14,491 nt of DNA. Source: a virus. The first letter of the stretch is position 1. Each line of letters starts with the position of its first letter. Shown here piece by piece: positions 1 through 7,621 of this stretch. Both the position numbers and the translations under genes were made by a program. The DNA lies in the UHGV virus genome UHGV-0168752; one strand, given 5' to 3'. The notes below the pieces were generated by a model. The model made no database searches. It had not been told where the DNA came from and saw only the letters and a program-made list of their open reading frames with translations.

Positions 1-5
1 ATTTA

Positions 6-25
6 GTTAAGTGAGAATTCTCACA
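6..25 (-). promoter_or_regulatory. Operator-like palindromic element, copy 1 (GTTAAGTGAGAATTCTCACA)
   Basis: Perfect 14-bp palindrome GTGAGAATTCTCAC at 11-24. A near-identical 20-mer recurs at 5999-6018. Lies in the intergenic region downstream of the CDS ending at 61, i.e. upstream of whatever minus-strand gene lies beyond the window start. Confidence 0.4.
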
Positions 26-60
26 TAGATGAAATATATCTTAAATTTTTTAGACAATTA

Positions 61-369
61 TCAGCATAGCGCGATGTTAACCGACTTACCAGGTAGCGGG
101 AAATGCTGTAGTTCTATTGACTGAAGTTTCCTGTCAATAGTCAGTATTTCATCAACGTTGGGCGTAAGGCGGAATACAGCGCGAGGTAGCGTGAAGGACA
201 CGTTCGTCGAGCAGTTATTTAACAGTAACTGATCCTGAGAATAATCAATCTCTACCACTCTCGCAATTACCCAACGATCGCGAATCTCGCCACCTAGAGG
301 AGCAGCTAATGCACGTTGCAAGCGCTGTAAATTAGTCCCATCAGTATTAGTGTGGTTTTGGCTCGACAT
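61..369 (-). CDS. Hypothetical protein (about 102 aa from the ATG)
   Basis: ORF track 61..381 begins at a TTG; the first ATG is at 369..367 (MSSQNHTNTDG...). Overlaps the upstream CDS end by about 23 nt. No recognisable motif. Confidence 0.5.
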   Translation of the reverse strand: MSSQNHTNTDGTNLQRLQRALAAPLGGEIRDRWVIARVVEIDYSQDQLLLNNCSTNVSFTLPRAVFRLTPNVDEILTIDRKLQSIELQHFPLPGKSVNIALC

Positions 370-682
370 AAGTTTCCCCAAACACGTATACGTGTTCAGT
401 CACGTATGCAGATTCTGTTTCAAGCGTCGGTTTAGCGACACGCCACTTCCATGCGCCGGTTTCAGGATCTTGCCAGGACAACAAAAGAGAACCCTCGCAA
501 ATTTCAGAGGTATCGACCTCAGGGTGGAACAACATGAATTCGTTTTCGTTGTCGTCCACTACGACGAATTGGCCTTCTTCTACCCTTTCGAACTTAGCAA
601 CACCTACTACAGTTGCTGGTTCTCCAACAGTAAACACCATTTCTTGTTTCGGTAAATCACGGTGAATCGCACTTAACCACAT
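347..682 (-). CDS. Hypothetical protein (111 aa)
   Basis: ATG at 682..680 preceded by GAGGA about 9 nt upstream on the minus strand; first gene after the terminator at 738-776. No recognisable motif. Confidence 0.6.
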   Translation of the reverse strand: MWLSAIHRDLPKQEMVFTVGEPATVVGVAKFERVEEGQFVVVDDNENEFMLFHPEVDTSEICEGSLLLSWQDPETGAWKWRVAKPTLETESAYVTEHVYVFGETYVEPKPH

Positions 683-737
683 TTAAGCTGTTCCTCAATT
701 AATTTTGTTTACGTGTGCATAATTAGACACGAAAGCG

Positions 738-776
738 TAAAAATAAATTCACCCTCTCCCCAAGCGGAGAGAGGGA
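738..776 (-). terminator. Rho-independent terminator
   Basis: GC-rich hairpin (plus-strand arms 752-761 and 766-775, loop AAGC, one mismatch) followed on the minus strand by TGAATTTATTTTTAC; sits just 3-prime of the CDS ending at 781. Confidence 0.65.
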
Positions 777-780
777 AAGT

Positions 781-1287
781 TTACAGTACGTTTTCGTCGC
801 GATCGTCTACTAAAATAGATGTAATTACATAACGTGCTAAACGACTGCGTGCTTCTTCAGTTTCTTCTTCAGAAGGTAGCTGCTCACCTGCGGGTGCGCA
901 CAAGGTTAGTCCAGATTCACGAAGTTGTTCGGTATAGTCTTCCACAGCTGTGTCGAACGTACCACGGATACCTGCTACTGCGTCCATAATTTCGTCATTC
1001 GGAATAATGGATTCTTTTAGCACAGCGTGCGCGTCTGTAGGCTCCACCATTTGTAGATTCTGTTCTACCAGCATCGCCTGTTTCGCTAGGCTGTCGGTGA
1101 TAAAGCAAGACAGAATCTTTTCGAAATCGTCTAACGAGAATTCGGTGTCTTCAGATGCACCGGTAATCAATTGCCCGTAGCGATTAAAGAATTCTTTACA
1201 ACGTGTTTCGTAGTCAGCTTCTAAGTCGCGAACGCCGAGATCAAAATCGTGCTGCTCCAGCTGATTAAAATCCAGAGTCTCTTTCAT
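781..1287 (-). CDS. Strongly acidic hypothetical protein (168 aa); candidate DNA-mimic or anti-restriction protein
   Basis: ATG at 1287 with GGAGA upstream. By my count about 39 Asp/Glu versus about 14 Lys/Arg, including a PSEEETEEA cluster. Last gene of the Dam operon. Confidence 0.7.
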   Translation of the reverse strand: MKETLDFNQLEQHDFDLGVRDLEADYETRCKEFFNRYGQLITGASEDTEFSLDDFEKILSCFITDSLAKQAMLVEQNLQMVEPTDAHAVLKESIIPNDEIMDAVAGIRGTFDTAVEDYTEQLRESGLTLCAPAGEQLPSEEETEEARSRLARYVITSILVDDRDENVL

Positions 1288-1325
1288 CTCTAAGTCTCCA
1301 GTTAAGAGGTCATATTACCTGCTGG

Positions 1326-1553
1326 CTAGAGTGCCAACGTTAACCCGGTATGGGTTTGTACTGAACCAACACCATCGCGTGCTTTTGCTTTGGCGATGAG
1401 TTTGTCAATCACGCGCTGATGGCTACGAGTAATGACTTTACCTGGATAACCGATAATTAGCGCGTTCTCATCATTAATTACCGCCGAGAATTCATTATCG
1501 CCTGCGACGTAAGTAATCTTTTTGTCTTTGGTTACAATACGTTTGATTTCCAT
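1326..1553 (-). CDS. Small hypothetical protein (75 aa)
   Basis: ATG at 1553 with AAGGA 6 nt upstream; starts immediately after the stop of the preceding gene. Confidence 0.6.
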   Translation of the reverse strand: MEIKRIVTKDKKITYVAGDNEFSAVINDENALIIGYPGKVITRSHQRVIDKLIAKAKARDGVGSVQTHTGLTLAL

Positions 1554-1562
1554 TCATTGTCC

Positions 1563-2336
1563 TTAAAAGATAAAATGGCCAGTTAGTGCTTCTACTTCAA
1601 CACCAGACATTGCTGGAGGTGCTGAGTATGGAAAAGTAAGACGCACGGTTGCACCCTTTAAATACGCAATACGGTAGTATGTGGTCAAGAGCGCAATCCC
1701 GTAAGTACAGTCGTTATAGAAGAAACCTTCGGTTGCAAACGTCTTTTCGTTGATTTTCGAATAGACTAAGATACCTTCAACTTTACCGTCTTTACGACAG
1801 CACAGCCCTTCAGCAGCCCCAATAGCTAACAATCCCAGGCAGTATGTATCCAAACTGACATTAACCACCTTAGGAATCGTAAACGTTTCTTCTAACGTTA
1901 GAGATTCAATATCAACTACATCAGGTAAATCGGTGCGAACTTCGGGTTCTTCAGTAAACGTCAGGTCATAGTCGATGGACGTCGGCTGCATACCCAAATA
2001 CGCCATTAACTGGTCACGACGTTTTAGGTCGTTGGCAGGGTATGTGACATCAAACATCTCCACTTTTAACAAACGTTTGAGTTGTGCGAAATTAATTTTC
2101 TTCTTCGCAAACACAACGATTGCCGACATGTAGAAAAACTTACCATCGGCACGACCGGAGAAGATTCCTTGTAGCTGATTCGTGTTCGAAAGAATGATAA
2201 AGGTCGGATCTTCAGACTCGCGAATGACGTCCTTTTCCAATAACCCTTTCCGTACACGGGTTAGTGAAACCATTTTCCCGTCCACGCCAATTGCTAAATG
2301 GTCATTACGATAATCGTGGATATCCACTATGCGCAT
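1563..2336 (-). CDS. Hypothetical protein (257 aa), translationally coupled to Dam
   Basis: ATG overlaps the Dam stop (TAATG at 2334-2338). No motif I recognise. Confidence 0.7.
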   Translation of the reverse strand: MRIVDIHDYRNDHLAIGVDGKMVSLTRVRKGLLEKDVIRESEDPTFIILSNTNQLQGIFSGRADGKFFYMSAIVVFAKKKINFAQLKRLLKVEMFDVTYPANDLKRRDQLMAYLGMQPTSIDYDLTFTEEPEVRTDLPDVVDIESLTLEETFTIPKVVNVSLDTYCLGLLAIGAAEGLCCRKDGKVEGILVYSKINEKTFATEGFFYNDCTYGIALLTTYYRIAYLKGATVRLTFPYSAPPAMSGVEVEALTGHFIF

Positions 2337-3151
2337 TAGAGCACTCCCAGTAATTCAGTCACTGTTTTCCGAGCGGCACCGGACGCACCCATATAGCGAC
2401 CGACCTCAATACTACGCCACTCAAAACCGTAATAAATTTCTCGGGTGAGTAGGGTGTCTGCATTTGACAACACGACACTGTTGCCACGTTCCACCTGCTG
2501 CTGTAGTAACTTGGCTAATTCTCGATGATCCGTTTGTGAGAATTCTTTACGGTGGTATTGCGCATGTTTCGCGGTATCCGATAACGGAATATAAGGAGGA
2601 TCGGCATAAATCACGGCATCCTCAGGTGTCCGCGCCAGTACGGAACGAAAGTCTTCACAAACGATTTCCAAATAATCCACTTCTGCGCAACGTTTAGCCC
2701 AGTCTCGAATTTCTTCTAACGGGTAATAAACACCGTTCGGGTAACGTCCAAACGGAACATTGAACCCACCACTACTGTTATAGCGACACATCCCGTTATA
2801 GCCGTGACGCATTAAGTATAAAAACATCGCTGCCCGTTCAACGTCTGACATCGATTTACCGCTATTAAACAGCTCACGACGTTCCATATACCTTACTGTA
2901 GTATTACCGTCTAAGAACAATGGCTGAGACGCAGCAATCAGTTCTTCAGGTTGTTCACGTGCAACACAGAGTAAGCGTATCAGATCAGGGTTAGAATCTG
3001 ATAGAATATACCGGCTATAATTCGTATTTAGGAAGACAGAGCCTGCACCCACAAACGGTTCTACAAACGTTGTACGTTTAGGTAAGACCTTTTGTAATTC
3101 TCCTAAAACACGGGTTTTCCCACCCATCCATTTAATAATCGGTTTCCGCAT
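2336..3151 (-). CDS. dam: DNA adenine (N6) methyltransferase, Dam family
   Basis: Translation has KWMGGK near the N-terminus, FVEPFVGAGSVF (SAM-binding FxGxG), NGMCRYNSSGGFNVPFGRY and the catalytic DPPY, colinear with E. coli Dam and T4 Dam as I recall them. Confidence 0.9.
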   Translation of the reverse strand: MRKPIIKWMGGKTRVLGELQKVLPKRTTFVEPFVGAGSVFLNTNYSRYILSDSNPDLIRLLCVAREQPEELIAASQPLFLDGNTTVRYMERRELFNSGKSMSDVERAAMFLYLMRHGYNGMCRYNSSGGFNVPFGRYPNGVYYPLEEIRDWAKRCAEVDYLEIVCEDFRSVLARTPEDAVIYADPPYIPLSDTAKHAQYHRKEFSQTDHRELAKLLQQQVERGNSVVLSNADTLLTREIYYGFEWRSIEVGRYMGASGAARKTVTELLGVL

Positions 3152-4130
3152 TATATCCGCCTTGTAACGATGACACTTCGTCGCCTAACACTAATTCGAC
3201 CCGGTTTTTCCGACGCTCCCAGCTGACAACATCATCGTCGCGTACTAAAACAAATTCGTATTCGTAGGGACGGAATTTAAACAAATCTACGGCTAGGTGT
3301 CTAAATGCAGGGTTGTTATTGTAACACCCTATTTCTAATGGCGCTGCCGTGGTCGATGCAATCTGTAAAGCACGATACAACAAGGCACGGCCAATCCCAC
3401 GACCACGATGCGTTTCACTTACCGCAATGGCTTTTAATTCACACTCGTTGAGATTACGCAATTTGACTTGAACCACACCCACAACGTCATTACCGTCCAT
3501 CCAAACGTAGGTGTGGTGATTGATGTGACGTACTAACTCCACCAACGTTTCGACTTGTGGCATGATTTGCCGAGAACGGCCTACAGGGTCAGCATTGATG
3601 TTTTCAACAACACTGGTACCCAACAACAGCATAAGTTGTTCACGTTGTGCAGCGTTTAAATCTTTATAAAGATCGCCAGAAATATTCTTCACGTTCGTCG
3701 GTAATGTAACATCCAATAACGTACGTGTCCCTAAGCGGTATGAGGTCTGTGTATGCCTAAATCCGAAGTCATTAAGCTCAGCAATTTCTTCCACGCCTCT
3801 GGCAATTCGATTGAGGTATGTAAAACCAGTATAGTCCAGTACCAGTAAAAGGTTCAGTTTGTTCAAACACCCTGGTACAATTTCGTGCATATACAAGCAG
3901 TGTAACGTTGGGTCACCGTAAATATGTTTTGTGATGATAAACCCTTGAATCGTTTTTCCTTTTTGTAAAGAGAACGTATTCAGCTCAGTATTACACAACG
4001 CCTCGCGAATCACAGCACCGTTAGGACCCGTTAAACATGCCTGAAGTTGGGGATTACGAATATCTCTTCGTGCTAAGCGTCCTACGGTTAAATCCAGAGC
4101 GGTACGTTCTATAGTCTTCCTAAAAGCCAT
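3132..4130 (-). CDS. GNAT-domain acyltransferase-like protein with N-terminal extension (332 aa; possibly tandem GNAT)
   Basis: C-terminal region contains VSETHRGRGIGRALLYRA, matching the GNAT motif A signature (R-x-x-G-x-G/A). AAGGAG 8 nt upstream of the ATG at 4130. The 3-prime end overlaps the Dam start by 20 nt. Confidence 0.7.
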   Translation of the reverse strand: MAFRKTIERTALDLTVGRLARRDIRNPQLQACLTGPNGAVIREALCNTELNTFSLQKGKTIQGFIITKHIYGDPTLHCLYMHEIVPGCLNKLNLLLVLDYTGFTYLNRIARGVEEIAELNDFGFRHTQTSYRLGTRTLLDVTLPTNVKNISGDLYKDLNAAQREQLMLLLGTSVVENINADPVGRSRQIMPQVETLVELVRHINHHTYVWMDGNDVVGVVQVKLRNLNECELKAIAVSETHRGRGIGRALLYRALQIASTTAAPLEIGCYNNNPAFRHLAVDLFKFRPYEYEFVLVRDDDVVSWERRKNRVELVLGDEVSSLQGGYNAETDY

Positions 4131-4180
4131 GTTAATTGCTCCTTAAAAGGTCGTCTCAAAACAATACGCTAAAGCTGTAA

Positions 4181-4216
4181 AAACAAAAAAAAAGAAAGGG
4201 GAACCGAAGTTCCCCC
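4181..4216 (-). terminator. Rho-independent terminator
   Basis: Perfect 7-bp stem GGGGAAC/GTTCCCC (4198-4204 and 4209-4215) with a 4-nt loop (TTCG on the minus strand), followed on the minus strand by TTTCTTTTTTTTTGTTTTT. Confidence 0.8.
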
Positions 4217-4223
4217 GTAATAG

Positions 4224-4811
4224 TTAACCGAACAGTTTACGATGTAAATGGGGGAACCAATTACATATTTCCTTTTTGTAGTTCCGTCCGGTTTTATCCC
4301 AATCGTCTTCTTTGAACAGACTTTCGTCAAAATTCAGATACGATTCGAATTGTTTGTTGAGCATGGTATGTTGCTCTGGAAAACGTACCAGAATTACCGC
4401 GTCCTTTTTATCGAGTGTTTGGACATTCAGAACTTCTGGCGTAAACTTGAAGTAAGCGTTCGCGTCCACCCGTAACCAGTTGGCAAGGCAGATAACATCT
4501 TGTTCGAGCTGGTTCAATATTTCGAACACGTCAGAATCGGGCGCTTCCATGGTTAAACGTAGTAGTAACTTTAACAAATCGTTACCGCTCAGCAAGTCGT
4601 AATGATGTCGTCCTGAGGTGAGACTCACGAGTTCGCCTTCCCATAGCCAGGCCATAAAGTGACAGTTGAAGGGACGGTAGTGATAAATCCGACACTCGCT
4701 AAAAGGACTCAATTTAAGGGTGAGAATAGGGTCTGCTAAAGCGTGTAGCGTGACTGGTGGGAAGATCGCTTTAGGAAACGTAGTGTCTTCTGGTAAGGTT
4801 TCTGTTGCCAT
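4224..4811 (-). CDS. Hypothetical protein (195 aa), co-transcribed with the XRE regulator
   Basis: ATG at 4811 with AGGAG 9 nt upstream. No recognisable motif. Confidence 0.7.
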   Translation of the reverse strand: MATETLPEDTTFPKAIFPPVTLHALADPILTLKLSPFSECRIYHYRPFNCHFMAWLWEGELVSLTSGRHHYDLLSGNDLLKLLLRLTMEAPDSDVFEILNQLEQDVICLANWLRVDANAYFKFTPEVLNVQTLDKKDAVILVRFPEQHTMLNKQFESYLNFDESLFKEDDWDKTGRNYKKEICNWFPHLHRKLFG

Positions 4812-4881
4812 GATTTTTACTCCTGAAATGGTTTGTCGAAAGCACCGAAAAGTTTGGTAACGGGCTGATCTCCAATTAATC

Positions 4882-5232
4882 TTAGAAGCCCAGTGTTTGT
4901 TTAAATACGTTGCTGAGGTAGCTTGGTTTTGTCGCCTTGACGTAATCTAACGCGGACTCTGCGGTTACCTTAACCACACAACGTCCGTTAGTGGACTCAA
5001 ACGTCACGCTGTATTTCAAACGTAACATGTCGGCAACTTTCATTATCATTCCCAGACTTAAACGTTCTGGATGTTCGTTCGCAATTGAAGAAATCACCGA
5101 TGGGGAAACTTTCGCAAGCTGGGCCAATTCACGTTGAGTGATTTTACCACGTTGTAAATGGCGAATGATATAACCCAGACGAATAACTAACTGCTGTTTT
5201 GCAATAGTGACGGTGTTATGTTTGTAAGCCAT
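4882..5232 (-). CDS. XRE-family helix-turn-helix transcriptional regulator (116 aa)
   Basis: N-terminal ITQRELAQLAKVSPSVISSIAN fits the Cro/CI-type HTH pattern. AGGAG 8 nt upstream of the ATG at 5232. Confidence 0.7.
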   Translation of the reverse strand: MAYKHNTVTIAKQQLVIRLGYIIRHLQRGKITQRELAQLAKVSPSVISSIANEHPERLSLGMIMKVADMLRLKYSVTFESTNGRCVVKVTAESALDYVKATKPSYLSNVFKQTLGF

Positions 5233-5304
5233 GGTTATACTCCTTTAGGTTAACAAGTCGGTGTAAAGAGTTAATCGCAACTCTCACTTAAGTAATATCT
5301 ATCT

Positions 5305-5344
5305 GTGAAAAAATAAAATACAGGTACCACCTAACGGTGGTACC
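5305..5344 (-). terminator. Rho-independent terminator
   Basis: Perfect 9-bp stem GGTACCACC/GGTGGTACC (5323-5331 and 5336-5344), 4-nt loop, followed on the minus strand by TGTATTTTATTTTTTCAC. Confidence 0.8.
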
Positions 5345-5351
5345 TAAGCAG

Positions 5352-5975
5352 TTAGTTTGCTAAAATGTGTGTAACAATCTCTGCCGCTTTTAAACGGTAG
5401 TCATCGTTCTGCGTTACACGTTGTAAAGTGTGCAGGCAGCCTCCTTCCGTCAAGATATGGTGTGCGAAACGGTAGTAGTCACGCAACGCGTCCCAACTGG
5501 TTTCGTCTTTCAGGTACTTAGCCGTAAGTACCTCATCGTCCCAATTCTTACCTTGTTCTTCTACCCGTTTCTTAAAACGCTCCGTAGCCGTTGTATAGTC
5601 AACATCCAACCACACGTAGAGATCCGGCGCGTGGTAGTGACGAGTTACCTTGCGTCGGAACACCGCATCCTTCCCATCGGTACCTTGGTAAACGATCGTC
5701 GACGGGCAAAAACGGTCAAAGATAACCACGTCGTAGTCGTCAACCACGTTATCCATTGTGTAAATAAAATCCAGACACATCGCGTCGGCTATTCTGTCTT
5801 TTGAAGCAGCCTGCACCACCAGACTGCGTGCGCGAATACCCGCGTCCGTTTCAGACGTTGGATGATTTCGAACGCAGACTTTTAATCCTAGCGATTCCAA
5901 CATCGCTTTTACCATTTTACACAATGTAGATTTCCCAGAAAAGTCAGGGCCATCAATAGACACGGTCTTAAGCAT
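5352..5975 (-). CDS. tmk: Thymidylate kinase-like dNMP kinase (207 aa)
   Basis: P-loop IDGPDFSGKST, DRF motif in VIFDRFCPSTIVYQG (compare the E. coli Tmk DRH...QAYQG region) and a LID-like region DLYVWLDVDY...ERFKKR. Confidence 0.8.
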   Translation of the reverse strand: MLKTVSIDGPDFSGKSTLCKMVKAMLESLGLKVCVRNHPTSETDAGIRARSLVVQAASKDRIADAMCLDFIYTMDNVVDDYDVVIFDRFCPSTIVYQGTDGKDAVFRRKVTRHYHAPDLYVWLDVDYTTATERFKKRVEEQGKNWDDEVLTAKYLKDETSWDALRDYYRFAHHILTEGGCLHTLQRVTQNDDYRLKAAEIVTHILAN

Positions 5976-5998
5976 TATTGTTTTACCTTTTTACGCAC

Positions 5999-6018
5999 GT
6001 TAAGTGAGGATTCTCACA
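5999..6018 (-). promoter_or_regulatory. Operator-like palindromic element, copy 2 (GTTAAGTGAGGATTCTCACA)
   Basis: 19 of 20 identical to copy 1. Lies between the terminator at 6045-6082 and the tmk start at 5975; the upstream flank TATCAT resembles TTTCAT at copy 1 (a possible -10 element). Confidence 0.45.
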
Positions 6019-6044
6019 ATGATAGTATCGGTTGTAATAATTTA

Positions 6045-6082
6045 CGATAAAAAAGAAACCCGCCCCTACCATTCGGTAGGGG
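6045..6082 (-). terminator. Rho-independent terminator
   Basis: Perfect 8-bp stem CCCCTACC/GGTAGGGG (6063-6070 and 6075-6082), 4-nt loop, followed on the minus strand by CGGGTTTCTTTTTTATCG. Confidence 0.8.
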
Positions 6083-6089
6083 TAAGGTT

Positions 6090-6695
6090 TTACTGGTGGT
6101 CGACAATCGGCTCGCTCCACGTGGTTACCGGTTCCGGCGTACGCAGATTTTGCGTTTGTGCTGACGTTACACACAACAACACTAAACCTTGTCGTGCCAG
6201 ATAATGTTGCATTCTGGCTGCTTCCACGGGAGTGTCAACAATAACGAGCTCAGCGCGCCGTAGCAACGCTAAAGCAGCTTGACCTTCTTGTGGTGTGGTT
6301 AAAGCATCAGAGTCGTCCAGAATGCGTTTAAGGCGGTTATACGCCATCCCGGTTACATTACTCCGACCTGCGCGAAGATCAACAACCATATCGTTATATT
6401 CTCCTACCACCTGTTGCGTCGAGTTTGGATAAAACCGAAACGCAGCACGACGACGTTTACGACGCACCTCAGAAATCGCGCGTTGTAAAACCAACAGTAC
6501 GTATTTCGGTGCAGCTTCACTGTTTGGACGGCGCATCTTTGCTAAACGCGCCGCCAAATCCAAAACTTTCGTTAATGGGTAGCGGTGTTTAAACCCTTCG
6601 CGTTCGATGGTGACACCCCGCTTAGGAAGCTTACCTGTTTTGTTGATATACGACACCGTAATCAGTAGTAATGAATCGAGAATCATCTCTGACAT
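6090..6695 (-). CDS. Hypothetical basic protein (201 aa)
   Basis: ATG at 6695 with GAGGG upstream. Arg-rich segment EVRRKRRRAAFRF. No confident family assignment. Confidence 0.65.
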   Translation of the reverse strand: MSEMILDSLLLITVSYINKTGKLPKRGVTIEREGFKHRYPLTKVLDLAARLAKMRRPNSEAAPKYVLLVLQRAISEVRRKRRRAAFRFYPNSTQQVVGEYNDMVVDLRAGRSNVTGMAYNRLKRILDDSDALTTPQEGQAALALLRRAELVIVDTPVEAARMQHYLARQGLVLLCVTSAQTQNLRTPEPVTTWSEPIVDHQ

Positions 6696-6709
6696 TACAA
6701 CACCCTCTC

Positions 6710-7081
6710 TTAGAACCCCTCGAGAACAGCTTTCACAAATTCGTAAACCGTGCGGCGGTGTTCTTCAAGCGGATAACCAAACTTCGCATAATCGTCGTTC
6801 CAGACAATCGGATAAAGATCGCCTCCACAACTCAGATACCCTTTACGTAGCAGATAATAATCCAGCCCAACTCTAAAATTTAAAGACAGGCTGCCTTGTT
6901 TACTGCATACGTGCAACTGAATCGATTTCACACCGTCGTGTGTTGGCGTTTCAATCGTTTCTGCATACAATACATCCGAGCAACCTTCTAGTGTGCTAAC
7001 GACGTCTCTAAGGTTGTTATTGGCGTCGATGGTTGCGGCACGAAGCGCGTCGGTGTATTGCTGAAGTTCTCGATGGAACAT
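6710..7081 (-). CDS. Hypothetical protein (123 aa)
   Basis: ATG at 7081 with AGGAGA about 9 nt upstream; the start lies 94 nt inside the preceding CDS in another frame. Confidence 0.55.
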   Translation of the reverse strand: MFHRELQQYTDALRAATIDANNNLRDVVSTLEGCSDVLYAETIETPTHDGVKSIQLHVCSKQGSLSLNFRVGLDYYLLRKGYLSCGGDLYPIVWNDDYAKFGYPLEEHRRTVYEFVKAVLEGF

Positions 7082-7620
7082 CCTGCTAATCTCCTGTCTC
7101 TACCGTAAGGCAGAGGAAATGCTTTGTGTTCGAACTCTACCACAACATAAGCCGGGTAGAACAAAAGGTATTTATAAAACGTTGCCAACGTTACGTCTTT
7201 CGGGGTCGCCAGAAAATAATTAAGGTCGGGTGCGTCAGGAAATGCAAAATACAACCCTGTATAAATCTGACCGTTATACAACCCATTAAACGGTGTCACT
7301 ACACACTTCGGATGGGTGGGTTCGACGTGTAACCATCGACTACCGACGTGATAGACGCCCCGTAACGTGCCATTTCGGGTCTTCCCTAAATAACGACAAC
7401 GGATATTCTTTTCCCATGCGCTACGCTGGGTTGGAGAACCGCGCTGGACAAAACGACTTAACGCTTCGGGTGTAAAGTAATCAAAAATGGCTGTGGGTAA
7501 ATACCAACACGTTTTATCGATTCGTACCACTCTCCAGCCAGGACGAAAACCTACAGCGTAACGCTCTACACCAAAAGTATATCTAGACCCGTCGTGAAAC
7601 GGTACGAACCTTGCGCTCAT
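6988..7620 (-). CDS. Hypothetical protein (210 aa)
   Basis: ATG at 7620 with AAAGGAAAT upstream, 1 nt after the GNAT stop. Aromatic-rich; no recognisable motif. Confidence 0.65.
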   Translation of the reverse strand: MSARFVPFHDGSRYTFGVERYAVGFRPGWRVVRIDKTCWYLPTAIFDYFTPEALSRFVQRGSPTQRSAWEKNIRCRYLGKTRNGTLRGVYHVGSRWLHVEPTHPKCVVTPFNGLYNGQIYTGLYFAFPDAPDLNYFLATPKDVTLATFYKYLLFYPAYVVVEFEHKAFPLPYGRDRRLAGCSIENFSNTPTRFVPQPSTPITTLETSLAH

Positions 7621-7621
7621 T

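Noticed and set aside
11-24. GTGAGAATTCTCAC as a restriction-modification target or resemblance to the lac operator
   Set aside because: It contains GAATTC and loosely resembles TGTGAGC...GCTCACA-type operators, but with only two full copies I cannot separate this from coincidence; kept only as a generic operator candidate.
2066-2257. Minus-strand 63-aa ORF inside the 257-aa gene
   Set aside because: Nested in an alternative frame of a longer ORF with no independent start signal.
5983-6204. Short ORFs 5983-6174 (minus) and 6004-6204 (plus)
   Set aside because: Both run straight through the terminator hairpin at 6063-6082 and the operator-like motif, and overlap the 3-prime end of the 201-aa gene; treated as non-coding intergenic signal.
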